In this document: positions 10,357 through 20,465 of the stretch, one piece after another | Position numbering within the stretch: position 1 is the first letter of the stretch | How the letters are laid out: every line of letters starts with the position of its first letter | NCBI GenBank assembly: GCA_043751875.1 | Contig: JAYUZL010000234.1 | Coordinates: 195-64,194, forward strand | Source: Ferruginibacter sp. | Lineage (GTDB): Bacteria > Bacteroidota > Bacteroidia > Chitinophagales > Chitinophagaceae | Reading direction: 5' to 3' | Length of the DNA stretch: 64,000 nt | Notes under the pieces: model-generated | Databases searched by the model: none | The model's input: only the letters and a program-made list of their open reading frames with translations | Told to the model about the DNA's origin: nothing | Position numbers and translations under genes: made by a program

Positions 10357-11133
10357 ATGAAAAAAATATTAACTGCCCTTTGTTTATTGCAATTATTTAT
10401 TGGTTGCAACAACTCTAAAAATATTCCTACAAAAATTAAATCTAATGCTACTGATCTTCAGCAATCACCGGAAGTGAAAGTTCTCCAACAATCAGGTATA
10501 GATTTTCTGGCGCAAGGAAACCAGCCTTCCAACTGGAAATTAACCATCAATTACGATGATACAGTCAGGTTTACAGCTGATGACGGGTTGGCTTTAAAAT
10601 TTGCTTACAACCAACTTAAAAAAGACGTAAATGATGACAGAAGGATTTTTACAGTGACATTAAAATCAGGCAATGTAAAGATTGAAATAAAAGAGAAAAT
10701 CTGCACCGTAACAACGATAAGAGAGGTTTTTAAAAAAGAAGTAAATGTTATTTTTAACAATATAATTTACACAGGTTGCGGAAAGTTTTTGGCTGATAAT
10801 AATCTTCAGGGAAAATGGCTTCTGGAAAAAATTGGAAATACTGCAATCGTTACAACTGAATATAATAGAGTCCCGCAAATTAATATCGACATTGTTGAAG
10901 GAACAGTTTCAGGCAATGATGGGTGTAACAGCATTAGAGGAAAAGTTGAAGTGCAAGGCAAAAGAATACAATTCTTCCAGCTTTTAGGTACAAAAATGGG
11001 CTGCAACAAAAAAAGTATTGAAAAAATTATTACAGCTCAAATAAATGAAAAAATTGTAAGCTATTATTTTAAAGACGGTAAACTATTTCTTTATTTGACA
11101 GATGATAGTTTGTTGGTATTTAAAAAAGTTTAA
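10357..11133 (+). CDS. META (HslJ-like) domain lipoprotein
   Basis: Lipobox FIGC; C-terminal W...SGNDGCN...TKMGC META pattern. Confidence 0.8.
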   Translation: MKKILTALCLLQLFIGCNNSKNIPTKIKSNATDLQQSPEVKVLQQSGIDFLAQGNQPSNWKLTINYDDTVRFTADDGLALKFAYNQLKKDVNDDRRIFTVTLKSGNVKIEIKEKICTVTTIREVFKKEVNVIFNNIIYTGCGKFLADNNLQGKWLLEKIGNTAIVTTEYNRVPQINIDIVEGTVSGNDGCNSIRGKVEVQGKRIQFFQLLGTKMGCNKKSIEKIITAQINEKIVSYYFKDGKLFLYLTDDSLLVFKKV

Positions 11134-11202
11134 AAATAATTTTGCTGCTTTTTTACTAATAAAAATTCCTATTTTTAATTTTTATAATTTAAAATAAATT
11201 TT

Positions 11203-11754
11203 ATGTTTGATCAGTTGATGAATCTTGTAAAACAATACTCAGGTGATGCAATAATTAATAACCCTGCAATACCTAATGAACAAAATGACGAAGCGATGAG
11301 TACCGCTTCGGGTTCAATAATGGACACATTAAAAGGAATGATGAGTAGTGGAGGTGCAGCAAGTGTATTAGATTTATTCAACCAAAATAACAACGCTGAT
11401 GTAACCAATCATCCGGTTACACAAAATGTTTCTTCCAACCTTATTACTACGCTCATTAATAAATTTGGTATAGACAGCAACAAGGCCGGTGGTATTGCCA
11501 GTGCAATTATACCAATGGTTATGAGTAAACTGGTCAGTAAAACCAATGACAGTAATGACAGTAGTTTTGATTTGCAGGGAATACTTAACAGCCTTAGCGG
11601 TAATAAAACCGGTGGGATGGATATTGGCAGCCTTATATCAAAATTTGGCGGAAATTCAATTGATAAAAACAACGATGGACAGGTAAATCCAGCAGATATA
11701 ACAGCGGCATCCAGCAAAAATTCCACACAAAATAATGAACAAAATAATGGGTAG
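11203..11754 (+). CDS. Conserved Bacteroidota hypothetical protein (DUF937-like), probably truncated by a late TAG
   Basis: GDAIINNPAIPNE N-terminus, Gly-rich helices; frame continues after TAG to TAA at 11802. Confidence 0.65.
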   Translation: MFDQLMNLVKQYSGDAIINNPAIPNEQNDEAMSTASGSIMDTLKGMMSSGGAASVLDLFNQNNNADVTNHPVTQNVSSNLITTLINKFGIDSNKAGGIASAIIPMVMSKLVSKTNDSNDSSFDLQGILNSLSGNKTGGMDIGSLISKFGGNSIDKNNDGQVNPADITAASSKNSTQNNEQNNG

Positions 11755-11821
11755 AACGATGGGGGGATTATGGATTCTCTAAAAGGTATTTTTGGTAAAT
11801 AATTTTATTTTGCTGAATATA

Positions 11822-11866
11822 AAAAAGGTCAAACAGAAAAAAAATTTGTTTGACCTTTTTGTATTT
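11822..11866. terminator. Bidirectional terminator hairpin, copy 1 of a 45-bp repeat
   Basis: AAAAAGGTCAAACA-N11-TGTTTGACCTTTTT-GTATTT. Confidence 0.85.
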
Positions 11867-11983
11867 ACGATAGTATATTTAATAAACTTATAATTTCCTT
11901 GTAATTCCGCCACAGTGGTATCTACTTGTTTTTTACTTATTGAAGATTACTAACATAGACCACAGACATCTTCTTAAAACAAT

Positions 11984-14362
11984 TCACTTCCCTACCAAAA
12001 CCAAATGCGTCTTAGCAACCGTTACTATTTTTGATTTGCTAAAATATACAGGGAAATACCCTCCGGCTCCCCAAATATTAAACAGATCACCGTAATGTGG
12101 CGAGCGTGGATCTCCCGACTGCCCGGGGTTGTTGATGCCTAACGTTCTATCCCAGTTTTCTGTATCAATTAAAATCCTAAATGACGCTCCATGTGATTGA
12201 TTCATGTTGTTGCTTGTAGCATTAACGGTTTCGCCATAACCTCCCCTTGCAATCGGCCCAAGGTTTATTTTAGCTTTTAATGTTGGGTCTGCTACCAAAG
12301 CCGAAAGTGGATGCGTGAGTATAATATGCTTGTTTTTTAATTGTCCATATTGCCAGTTACTTAAGTCATTTCCCAAGGTTTTTTGTAGTGAATCAATTGC
12401 TTTTTTAAAACAACTCACCAAAATAGAATCTCTAGTTTCCAAAGGATTTACCCCGAAAAATGGCGGCGGTGTTACCAACCAATCCGTTAAGCGTTTGGTT
12501 GTAATGGTTTTCATATATTTTCTCGCATTTGCAGGAACTGCTAATGAGTAAACAGCCCTTTGCAATTGACTTTCCCAAGCTACATACAGTGCTGCTTCGG
12601 TAGATTCCGGACTTAGTTCAAAAGTTTTCCAGTTTCTAAGAATATTTATATGCGTAGTGTAGATACTCTCTTCCATTTTTATTTTAACCAACAACGGAAC
12701 AAGTATGCGTGCCGTAAGAGAAACATAATCATTTTGCAGAAGTGCAAAGTTTTCAAGGTTATGTTTTTTACCTGATTTCAGCACTTCCTCTATTCGGTTT
12801 GCCCGCACAGGATTTGCCCATTGCCAGCCAATGGCGTTACGATTGGGGAAGTTTGCAGGTGTTAAATTATTGTTTGCAGTTACTACAAACCCTTCGCTTG
12901 GATCATATTTATTGGGCAGCATACTTATAGGTAAATAGCCTCCCCACTCATAACGTCCATCACCAGGTACAGGTACTAAGCCAGACCAATTTTTACGAAT
13001 TGGTGAAAGTCCGACTGCTTGCCATCCGATATGTCCTGCCTTATCTGCCCAAACCATGTTTTCGCCCGGGATGCGGCTAAAAGTACAAGCCTGTCTGAAT
13101 TCTTTCCAGTCTTTGGCTTGATTCATACGTAAGCTTGCTAAATAAGGCGAACAACCTACTTCCTGCCAACCGGCTCTTACAGCAAAGACATGTTTGTTCT
13201 GAGCATCTTCAAAAACCACCGGTCCATGTCTTGTATACTTTAATTGTACGACTTTTAGTGCCTTGTTTTTTATTCGTATGGTATCTAAAATCACTTTCAA
13301 ATTTTCCCAAACACCTTTATATTTATATTGGTTTGGATTTTGGGCATTGGTTTCATAGACGTATAAATCTTCGTTGTCTGTTTCAAAAATTGTCAACCCC
13401 CATGCTCCAAAATTATTATGCCCAATTGAGATACCGGGCAAAGTCGGCTCTCCACCCCCTATCACATTCCAGCCTGGAGCATTAAGATGGACCCAATATC
13501 GTAATGAAGGAATTCCCTGAGCCCGGTGAGGGTCATTTGCCAGCATCGGGTAACCACTCTCCGACATTTTTCCGGAAATAATCCAATTATTTGAGCCAAC
13601 ATTTTCTTTTTCTTCTTTATACCAATCATCAAAATTGTCTAAGAGACCAATGCTTTTGTTATTTTCAGGAAATTTTAATGGTGCACGGAAGGCCTCGTAG
13701 TATTCTAAGATATTGCTGAACAAAACATCATTATCCAATATTTTATCTAGAGCCAAATTAGGTTCAATTTCCGAGTTTTTTGGGTGAAACCATGATAACT
13801 CACGTACTTTATCTGCTCCCATAAGTCTGACTAAACGGGCGTTTGAGATTTCTTCTTCAATATTTCCTAAGAGTCCCTGATGGCGGCTAATCACAATTTC
13901 CGGTGTCCAAAAATCGGGAAGGGTATTCAATATTTTAAATTCAAAGGGGAGTTTATTAGGATCTTTACGGGCTTCGGTAATATAAGCATTGATTCCTGCT
14001 ACAAAAGCCTCAATAATTTGTCTGCTTCTAGGATGATAATAGTTTAATTCAGCCGTTAAATCTCCTCTAAATTTGAATAATCGTGTACCTATATCCCGTT
14101 TGAGTTCACTCTCACCGAGTAGCTCAGCCATTGTACCGGTTGCTTGTCTCCTCCACATCTCCAGCTGAAAAAGTCGGTCCGAAGCTGCCATATAACCTTG
14201 AGCGACAAACAAATCATGTTCATTTTTTGCGTAAATATGAGATATTCCCCAAGTGTCCTGATAAACATCAACGGGTTGATTCAAAATTTTAATTTTCAAT
14301 GTTTGAGAAAAACACAAAGCAGTTGAAAATAATAAGGAGACAAAAATGACGAATTTTTTCAT
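11984..14362 (-). CDS. Penicillin acylase family Ntn-hydrolase (peptidase S45)
   Basis: Signal peptide; D.WGISHIYA, QGY..A.DRLFQ, GSNNW nucleophile, LANDPH, PGQSG. Confidence 0.93.
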   Translation of the reverse strand: MKKFVIFVSLLFSTALCFSQTLKIKILNQPVDVYQDTWGISHIYAKNEHDLFVAQGYMAASDRLFQLEMWRRQATGTMAELLGESELKRDIGTRLFKFRGDLTAELNYYHPRSRQIIEAFVAGINAYITEARKDPNKLPFEFKILNTLPDFWTPEIVISRHQGLLGNIEEEISNARLVRLMGADKVRELSWFHPKNSEIEPNLALDKILDNDVLFSNILEYYEAFRAPLKFPENNKSIGLLDNFDDWYKEEKENVGSNNWIISGKMSESGYPMLANDPHRAQGIPSLRYWVHLNAPGWNVIGGGEPTLPGISIGHNNFGAWGLTIFETDNEDLYVYETNAQNPNQYKYKGVWENLKVILDTIRIKNKALKVVQLKYTRHGPVVFEDAQNKHVFAVRAGWQEVGCSPYLASLRMNQAKDWKEFRQACTFSRIPGENMVWADKAGHIGWQAVGLSPIRKNWSGLVPVPGDGRYEWGGYLPISMLPNKYDPSEGFVVTANNNLTPANFPNRNAIGWQWANPVRANRIEEVLKSGKKHNLENFALLQNDYVSLTARILVPLLVKIKMEESIYTTHINILRNWKTFELSPESTEAALYVAWESQLQRAVYSLAVPANARKYMKTITTKRLTDWLVTPPPFFGVNPLETRDSILVSCFKKAIDSLQKTLGNDLSNWQYGQLKNKHIILTHPLSALVADPTLKAKINLGPIARGGYGETVNATSNNMNQSHGASFRILIDTENWDRTLGINNPGQSGDPRSPHYGDLFNIWGAGGYFPVYFSKSKIVTVAKTHLVLVGK

Positions 14363-14487
14363 AGTACTTTTAGTAATAAGGAGTAAAATTATTTGTAGTC
14401 AACGTATTTCTTCCAAATAAACAATTCATTAAGATTTATGAAATTGGTTTGCTTAAAAGTTATGGATAAGTCTTGCTAGAATTTGTG

Positions 14488-14839
14488 TTACATCCTGTCC
14501 AAAATGTGTTTGGTAAATTCGCCTTCCATATTGCCGATGTTTAAAGTTGCCGCCGGTTCAAAGAACATTATTGTTACTTATTTCTCTGCCATTGGCCTTT
14601 GTTCAATTTCCTTTGGAACGATCAAAAATTAATTTTCATTTACAACAACGGTTTTGCCCCTATACTCCATTTTGAAACTACCCTTAATTACAAAAAAGTT
14701 CGTCATCGTGCTTTTGCCTGACAAATTCGTCTTTCACTTTTGCAAGTTTTACGTGTTGTCCATTAAGCTCCCCAACAATTTTTGGACTCCAGTGGTGTGA
14801 AAACACCTATAATTTTTGCAAAAAGTTTACCCTTTCAAT
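14488..14839 (-). pseudogene. Cupin-domain protein pseudogene
   Basis: Hand translation: ERVNFLQKL*VFSHHWSPKIVGELNGQHVKLAKVKDEF...DELF/VIKG...N*FLIVPK...RPMAEK*VTIMFFEPAATLNIGN; three stops and a frameshift; missed by the ORF track. Confidence 0.85.
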
Positions 14840-14961
14840 TTTTGAGAAGTTACTTAATTTCCAAATTTTAATACCACTTTTTCTGTTCAAGTGTAAATTA
14901 CTACAAAATGATAGACAAGATTTATCGGTATAAATGGTGAATTACCCCAGCCTTATGCTCA

Positions 14962-16002
14962 TTATTTCTTTGTAAAAATTGATTTAGGCAGCATAGCATG
15001 TACACCTACATTACCGTCCACCAGCTGTGTAATATTTACATCTACTGCAACACTGCATAGCATGTAAGCATCTGCTTTACTCATATGTTTTTCATCAATT
15101 AAATACTGAATCATTTCTCTAACGGCGATATGCGCAGCAGCATTTAAATCTCTATCGCAACCCATAGTAATGATATGCGTTTTGGTTTCTGCCCTTGGCC
15201 AGTTTAGGCTTTTACCTTTATGAACAATGAATTGTAATTTACCTATGAGCGATGTTTCAATAGCAGTAATATCTACCTCACCATTGCCCTGTGCGGCATG
15301 GCCATCCCCAATTTCAAACAAAGCACCTTTTGCATGAACCGGTATAAATAAGGAACTGCCAGCCACCAATTCTTTATTGTCTAAATTACCCGCATTTATC
15401 CAAGGCGGAGCACTGTTCCATTTACCAACTTCTTTTGGCGGTGCCACACCCGCGCTACCAAAAAAAGGACGAAGGGGAATTAAAATACTATCGCTGAAAT
15501 AGCCGATCATTTTTTCTTTGTCTAGCTGAATTATTTTTGTTTTTCGCTCAAATATTTCGTCAGATAAAAAACCATTTTGCCCAATAGAATTATAACCGTA
15601 AGGAATGGCTAAATCAATTGCTGCAAAGCGAACTTCCAGAACATCTCCGGGTTCAGTACCTTCAATAAAAATAGGGCCAGTCAGTACATGACCACCAGGA
15701 CCTTTGTCTTTTGCAGCCTGTACATCGTAGAGTTCTTTTTCTATTTTATTTTGAGGTACACCTGCTGCCAGCAAACGCTCAGGATTAGAAGTTAACAGTG
15801 TATGGATAGTAACAAAATCACCTGACTGAATACGTAACACAGGTTGCGCTTCTGACCAATAATAACCCCAGGCAACAGTTGTTGCAGAGGGCTCTAATAT
15901 GTATGGATTGGCCGCTGTTCCCTTCGCTTGTGCAGTGGCAAAAAGCGATAGCCAGCAGGCTAATATGGTATAAGAAATTTTAAAAAAATATTTCAGTTGC
16001 AT
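14962..16002 (-). CDS. Acetamidase/formamidase family protein with signal peptide
   Basis: GGHVLTGPIFIEG.EPGD, GNLD, GDGHAAQGNGEV...AIE motifs. Confidence 0.9.
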   Translation of the reverse strand: MQLKYFFKISYTILACWLSLFATAQAKGTAANPYILEPSATTVAWGYYWSEAQPVLRIQSGDFVTIHTLLTSNPERLLAAGVPQNKIEKELYDVQAAKDKGPGGHVLTGPIFIEGTEPGDVLEVRFAAIDLAIPYGYNSIGQNGFLSDEIFERKTKIIQLDKEKMIGYFSDSILIPLRPFFGSAGVAPPKEVGKWNSAPPWINAGNLDNKELVAGSSLFIPVHAKGALFEIGDGHAAQGNGEVDITAIETSLIGKLQFIVHKGKSLNWPRAETKTHIITMGCDRDLNAAAHIAVREMIQYLIDEKHMSKADAYMLCSVAVDVNITQLVDGNVGVHAMLPKSIFTKK

Positions 16003-16028
16003 ATTTATTTCTTTTTGTTTGATATGGG

Positions 16029-17666
16029 TTATGGTTTTACCAATGTTGGATATGTAATTCCTAATTGTTCTAAATAGGTACCATATTTAGATGGATCGTA
16101 ATAATATTTCCTCATCTCAGGACGGTATTTATCCATAATTTCTTTGTTTAAATAAATAGCAGGTGGATCATCTTTGGTAATAAAAGGCTTGTAATGTTCA
16201 TCTTTGGTTTGAACGTTTTTAAAATAATCTTTTGCATCTACCAATATTTTAGGATTGGTAAAAATATCTATTAAAGTTAATGCAGCTGCTTTTGCCCCGG
16301 CCAGCGAACCTTTGTGCGAAATAGGAGTAGCCATGGCAATAGCATCGCCCCAATGGTGACCCTTCAGGCCTGGAATATTAGCAGGATATCTTAAGACAAT
16401 TGTCGGAAGATTCCACGAAATATCAGCAATGTCATCGCTGCCACCGCCCCATGAAAATGGTACTGAGCCTTTTAAAGTATCTATTGAATTTCTTAACCCA
16501 TCAATTGGGGTGCCGTCTTGGTTTTTCTTAGGTGCTTCCATTAATTTTTGCGTTGCCCTTGCCAACTGCTGATCGGCTTCGCTCCATGTAGGCATTCCTA
16601 CTTTTTCTACATTTGCATGTAATACTTGCCCCAGTGCTTTATTAAAATGCCCGGGCCATGCAGCACCTAAAATTTGGTAGTGCATTTTGGTATCGGTCAT
16701 CATGGCGGCACCTTTAGCAATATTTACACCGGCATCATACATACTTTGAATATCATCGTATGTTCTTTCTCTAAAATAATACCAAACACTGGCTTTGCTG
16801 GGCACTACATTTGGCTGGTCTCCACCATCAGTAATTACATAATGGCTGCGTTGCGTGGGTTTTAAATGTTCCCGTTTAAAGTTCCAGCCTATATCCATTA
16901 GTTCTACCGCATCCAAAGCACTTTTACCACGCCAGGGAGCTGCTGCTGCATGGGCAGCATCACCATCAAAAGAAAACTTAACTGATACCAAGCCATTACC
17001 ACCATTGTCGCCATAATCACAACCAAAATCACCGCTGACGTGAGTAAAAATACAGGCATCTACATTTTTAAAATAGCCATCTCTTATGTACCACGCTTTA
17101 CTTCCAACTAACTCTTCGGCAACACCAGGCCATATCATTAATGTACCTGAAATATTATTTTTTAGCATCGTTTCTTTGGCAGCAATAGCAGCAAAAATTA
17201 TTACTGCCTGTCCAGAATTATGACCTTCGCCATGCCCCGGTGCGCCTTCTACAATTGGATCTTTATAGGCAACACCCGGTTTTTGAGAAGCTTTAGGAAT
17301 ACAATCAATATCGCTACCCAAAGCAATTACAGGATTACCACTGCCCCATTTAGCCATCCATGCAGTAGGTATGCTGGCAATACCTCTTTCTATTGTAAAG
17401 CCATTCTTTTCTAAAATACCTGTAAGGTATTTTGATGTTTCTGTTTCTTGAAAACCCAATTCGCCAAAACTAAACACCATATCAACCATCTCCTGCACAG
17501 CTTTTTGTTTACCCTCAACAAGCGTGAGGGTTTGCTTTTTTAATTTTTCTACAAAAAATGAATCGTACTTTTTAGCGGATTGTGCCAATGTAACCATTGC
17601 CGTTATCATGCTTGGCACCAGCACGAAGATTAGTTTTGCGGTTTTGGTGAAACCTGGTAGTCTCAT
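16029..17666 (-). CDS. M20 amidohydrolase, AbgB-like, with signal peptide
   Basis: ELGFQE, GHGEGHN, AEE, AHAAAAPW.G.SALDA, GGDQPNVVP, GSDDIADISW. Confidence 0.88.
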   Translation of the reverse strand: MRLPGFTKTAKLIFVLVPSMITAMVTLAQSAKKYDSFFVEKLKKQTLTLVEGKQKAVQEMVDMVFSFGELGFQETETSKYLTGILEKNGFTIERGIASIPTAWMAKWGSGNPVIALGSDIDCIPKASQKPGVAYKDPIVEGAPGHGEGHNSGQAVIIFAAIAAKETMLKNNISGTLMIWPGVAEELVGSKAWYIRDGYFKNVDACIFTHVSGDFGCDYGDNGGNGLVSVKFSFDGDAAHAAAAPWRGKSALDAVELMDIGWNFKREHLKPTQRSHYVITDGGDQPNVVPSKASVWYYFRERTYDDIQSMYDAGVNIAKGAAMMTDTKMHYQILGAAWPGHFNKALGQVLHANVEKVGMPTWSEADQQLARATQKLMEAPKKNQDGTPIDGLRNSIDTLKGSVPFSWGGGSDDIADISWNLPTIVLRYPANIPGLKGHHWGDAIAMATPISHKGSLAGAKAAALTLIDIFTNPKILVDAKDYFKNVQTKDEHYKPFITKDDPPAIYLNKEIMDKYRPEMRKYYYDPSKYGTYLEQLGITYPTLVKP

Positions 17667-18312
17667 GCGTATAATTTTTTACAATAATATTATTAAGTGA
17701 AGTTGTAAAATACTAAAACCAACGCAGATGGACAAATAAGGTGTAGTAAATTTAATGTTGGTAAATATGAAACTGAAGGGAGTAAAGAAAAGTTTTTAAG
17801 GACTTACCAGAGCATTGCCGTTTGGAAATTGAAAAGCAAAAACTTTTTATTATGATGATTCGTGTTAGAAAGTCTTTACTTTATTTGTAGTACAGTCCTT
17901 TATCAGGCTGGCTTTATTTCTTTTTATAGCTATATTCGGCTCCGCTAATTACCCGATATGTATTTCATAGTATAGATTCGGAAAATATGGCTTTTTAAAA
18001 TAGAGCTATCGGGGTAGTTATTCGTTTTGCTTTCTATGCTACACTCTCAGCTTTTCTAGCTTAAAGATGTATAACCAAATACTTTTTTGCTTTTGCAACA
18101 CTAAACATTATTTTATTAGGTGTTTGCTCCATCTATGTAACGGGATTAATAATGTTGTTTATAAAGCGTCGATTTCAGGCAATTAATCTCTTCAACTTTA
18201 ATTGATTATTAAGGAATAGAAAAAATAGACCAAAGGTCATAAAAAGAAAAAATTTTATTTTTTTTTCAGTAGATCTACTTAACACAAACTTTTTAAAAAA
18301 AATTACAACAAA

Positions 18313-18341
18313 AAATGGCCATGCAATAAGCATGACCATTT
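18313..18341 (-). terminator. Intrinsic terminator after the DUF2846-like gene
   Basis: AAATGGCCATGC / GCATGACCATTT hairpin with a minus-strand U tract. Confidence 0.65.
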
Positions 18342-18361
18342 ATTTCAAATAATTTATCTAA

Positions 18362-18754
18362 CTACATCACTGTTTTAAACTGCTCTCCAACAAATTTTGC
18401 ATCGTCTTTTGCTTCAGCAACACTCATTTGTTTTAGCCTTGGTCTTGCACCAAACAATCCTAACATAGTGCTGTATTTTACTGCATAATTTTTACCCGCT
18501 TCGGTTGTAAATGTAATAGCTCTTTTACTTTGTTTTGGGGAAATAGTATGAGAACCCGGAGCAAGATTAAATGCATATGCAGATTTTCCTTTTAATGACT
18601 CCATTTCTTTACCGTCAACAATTACTTTGTATTTTGCAAGACCTCCATAAATGGAACCCTTACGATATACTATTACTTTAGAGTCTGCTTGAGCAAAACT
18701 GATAAGAGAAGCTAAGACAAAAACTAATGTAAATACAATATTTACTTTCTTCAT
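18362..18754 (-). CDS. Secreted DUF2846-like protein
   Basis: Signal peptide ...SFAQ; VIVYR...G....V.VDG...L.PG.H......GKNY pattern. Confidence 0.7.
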   Translation of the reverse strand: MKKVNIVFTLVFVLASLISFAQADSKVIVYRKGSIYGGLAKYKVIVDGKEMESLKGKSAYAFNLAPGSHTISPKQSKRAITFTTEAGKNYAVKYSTMLGLFGARPRLKQMSVAEAKDDAKFVGEQFKTVM

Positions 18755-19097
18755 TTTTATTGATTTAATTTTTAAAAAAACATTTACGAGCTTCTACGCA
18801 ACACGGATTGAGATGAATATAAAAATTATATAAATTGAAAAATTATCATTTTTAAAAATACCGTTCGCTAACATTATAACTATAGTAAAAAAGGCAAATG
18901 TCCTTAAAAATGATGAACAGCTTTTTTTATAAATTTAGGTTGATATATGAGATGTGAGTTTGAAGAGTTTCATTATAAAATAATAGTAGTGGCATCAAAT
19001 TAAGCTTGTTATTGAAAGCGGCGAAATATAATACCTTTTACAAACACACCTATTAAAAAAAACGGATGCCTGTATAATTTGCATTTACTCGCTTTAC

Positions 19098-20330
19098 TTA
19101 ATTTGTTGAAGGGCATTGTTTTTTGTTTTGAAGAGTTTTTAAAATTGTTACTGCAATTTTTTCAGATACAGTATCATAAAAACCCGGCCCGGAATATTCG
19201 GGATTTAAAACCGCTAAACATGATACTGTCATTATAGAATTGCCTTGACTAAAAGCACTAAAACTATAGAGTACCTGAAAATGATCGATTATATTTATAC
19301 CAGGTAATTTTAAATAATAACTGTCATTAACTGCGGATATTACTAAGTAATTACCGTCATTTGTTTCTTCTTCTGCTGCTGCTACTTTTTCAACCTTCTT
19401 ATAACACAAATAAACAGCACGCTCACATTCGTTTTTTTTAAAGACTCAAAAGGAAAATCATTTAACTAAATTGCCAGTCGTCCAACGGCATTAACAAAAA
19501 AATTTATAATGTTCTTTATATTTCTTTCGTTATCATTACGATAATCTTCGCCGCCGTTTTTATTAGGTTTTACATCACTGTTTTGAACCACTGCTGCTAA
19601 ACTCAAAATGCCTGCATCATGTAATTCCATTAACTCTCTGCATAAACTTTGTAGCACATAGGTACTAATTAAAGAAATCAGTGGCATTAATACTTTTTAA
19701 AACCGCAATGTGTCCTCTGCAGTCATATGCTTTGCCTGGCAATTCATGCCACAACTTAAAGCAAAAGTTGCTTTCCACATTACTGATTTTCTATTAGTAA
19801 TACTTTCTTCCGCTTCTTTGTATTCTTATCTTAACAAATCGGAACCCTGCATATTTCGTCTTTTTGTAAACACATGAATTACAAATTCGTCAATACTTAA
19901 ATCTTTAATAATGTTGAAGAGAAAGGCATCTTGTGTTTTTAACGGTTTATCAGAAGCTTAAATTATTGTTGTAAATAGATAACAAATTAACAGCCTTGTC
20001 ACTACTTTAAAATGATTAAAATTTTTATTATTGATATTTAATGGTTTTAAAATTCCGGATGCTGCACTTGCTACCCATACTTTAAGGGATGGTTTAAAGC
20101 TCGGGAGAACTTTACCCGATACATTGTGATGTGTTCTTGCATTGCGCCACAATAACAGTATTCTTAAAAATTGGAGTAGATTTTATTTCTTTCTAAAGTA
20201 AAAAACCAAATCGTAAATTTTATTTTCGCAATATCTTTCGAAGGCAATTTGCGTATGACCTTTTGTACACTGTTTTTGGTTTTTTGCAACTGCCGATAAA
20301 TTAAAGATTACGCCAACACAGATACACAAC
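19098..20330 (-). pseudogene. Decayed gene(s) of unknown function
   Basis: Co-oriented ORF fragments 19958-20152, 19466-19687 and 19098-19409 separated by stops or frameshifts; no family recognised. Confidence 0.35.
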
Positions 20331-20403
20331 TGCCTAGTAGGTTCATGGGTTAAATCAACCTAAGCTTCTGCATAGGCTAAAGTATTGAGGAGAATCAAGT
20401 AAC

Positions 20404-20448
20404 AAAAAGGTCAAACAAAAATTATTCCTGTTTGACCTTTTTGTATTT
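20404..20448. terminator. Terminator hairpin after the S9 peptidase, copy 2 of the 45-bp repeat
   Basis: Same 14-bp arms and GTATTT tail as 11822-11866. Confidence 0.85.
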
Positions 20449-20465
20449 TAAAGAAATCCAATCTT

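Noticed and set aside
20110-20230. VIVAQCKN fragment resembling an Mrr-type restriction endonuclease motif
   Set aside because: Too short, needs frameshifts to connect to an upstream Asp, and could arise by chance.
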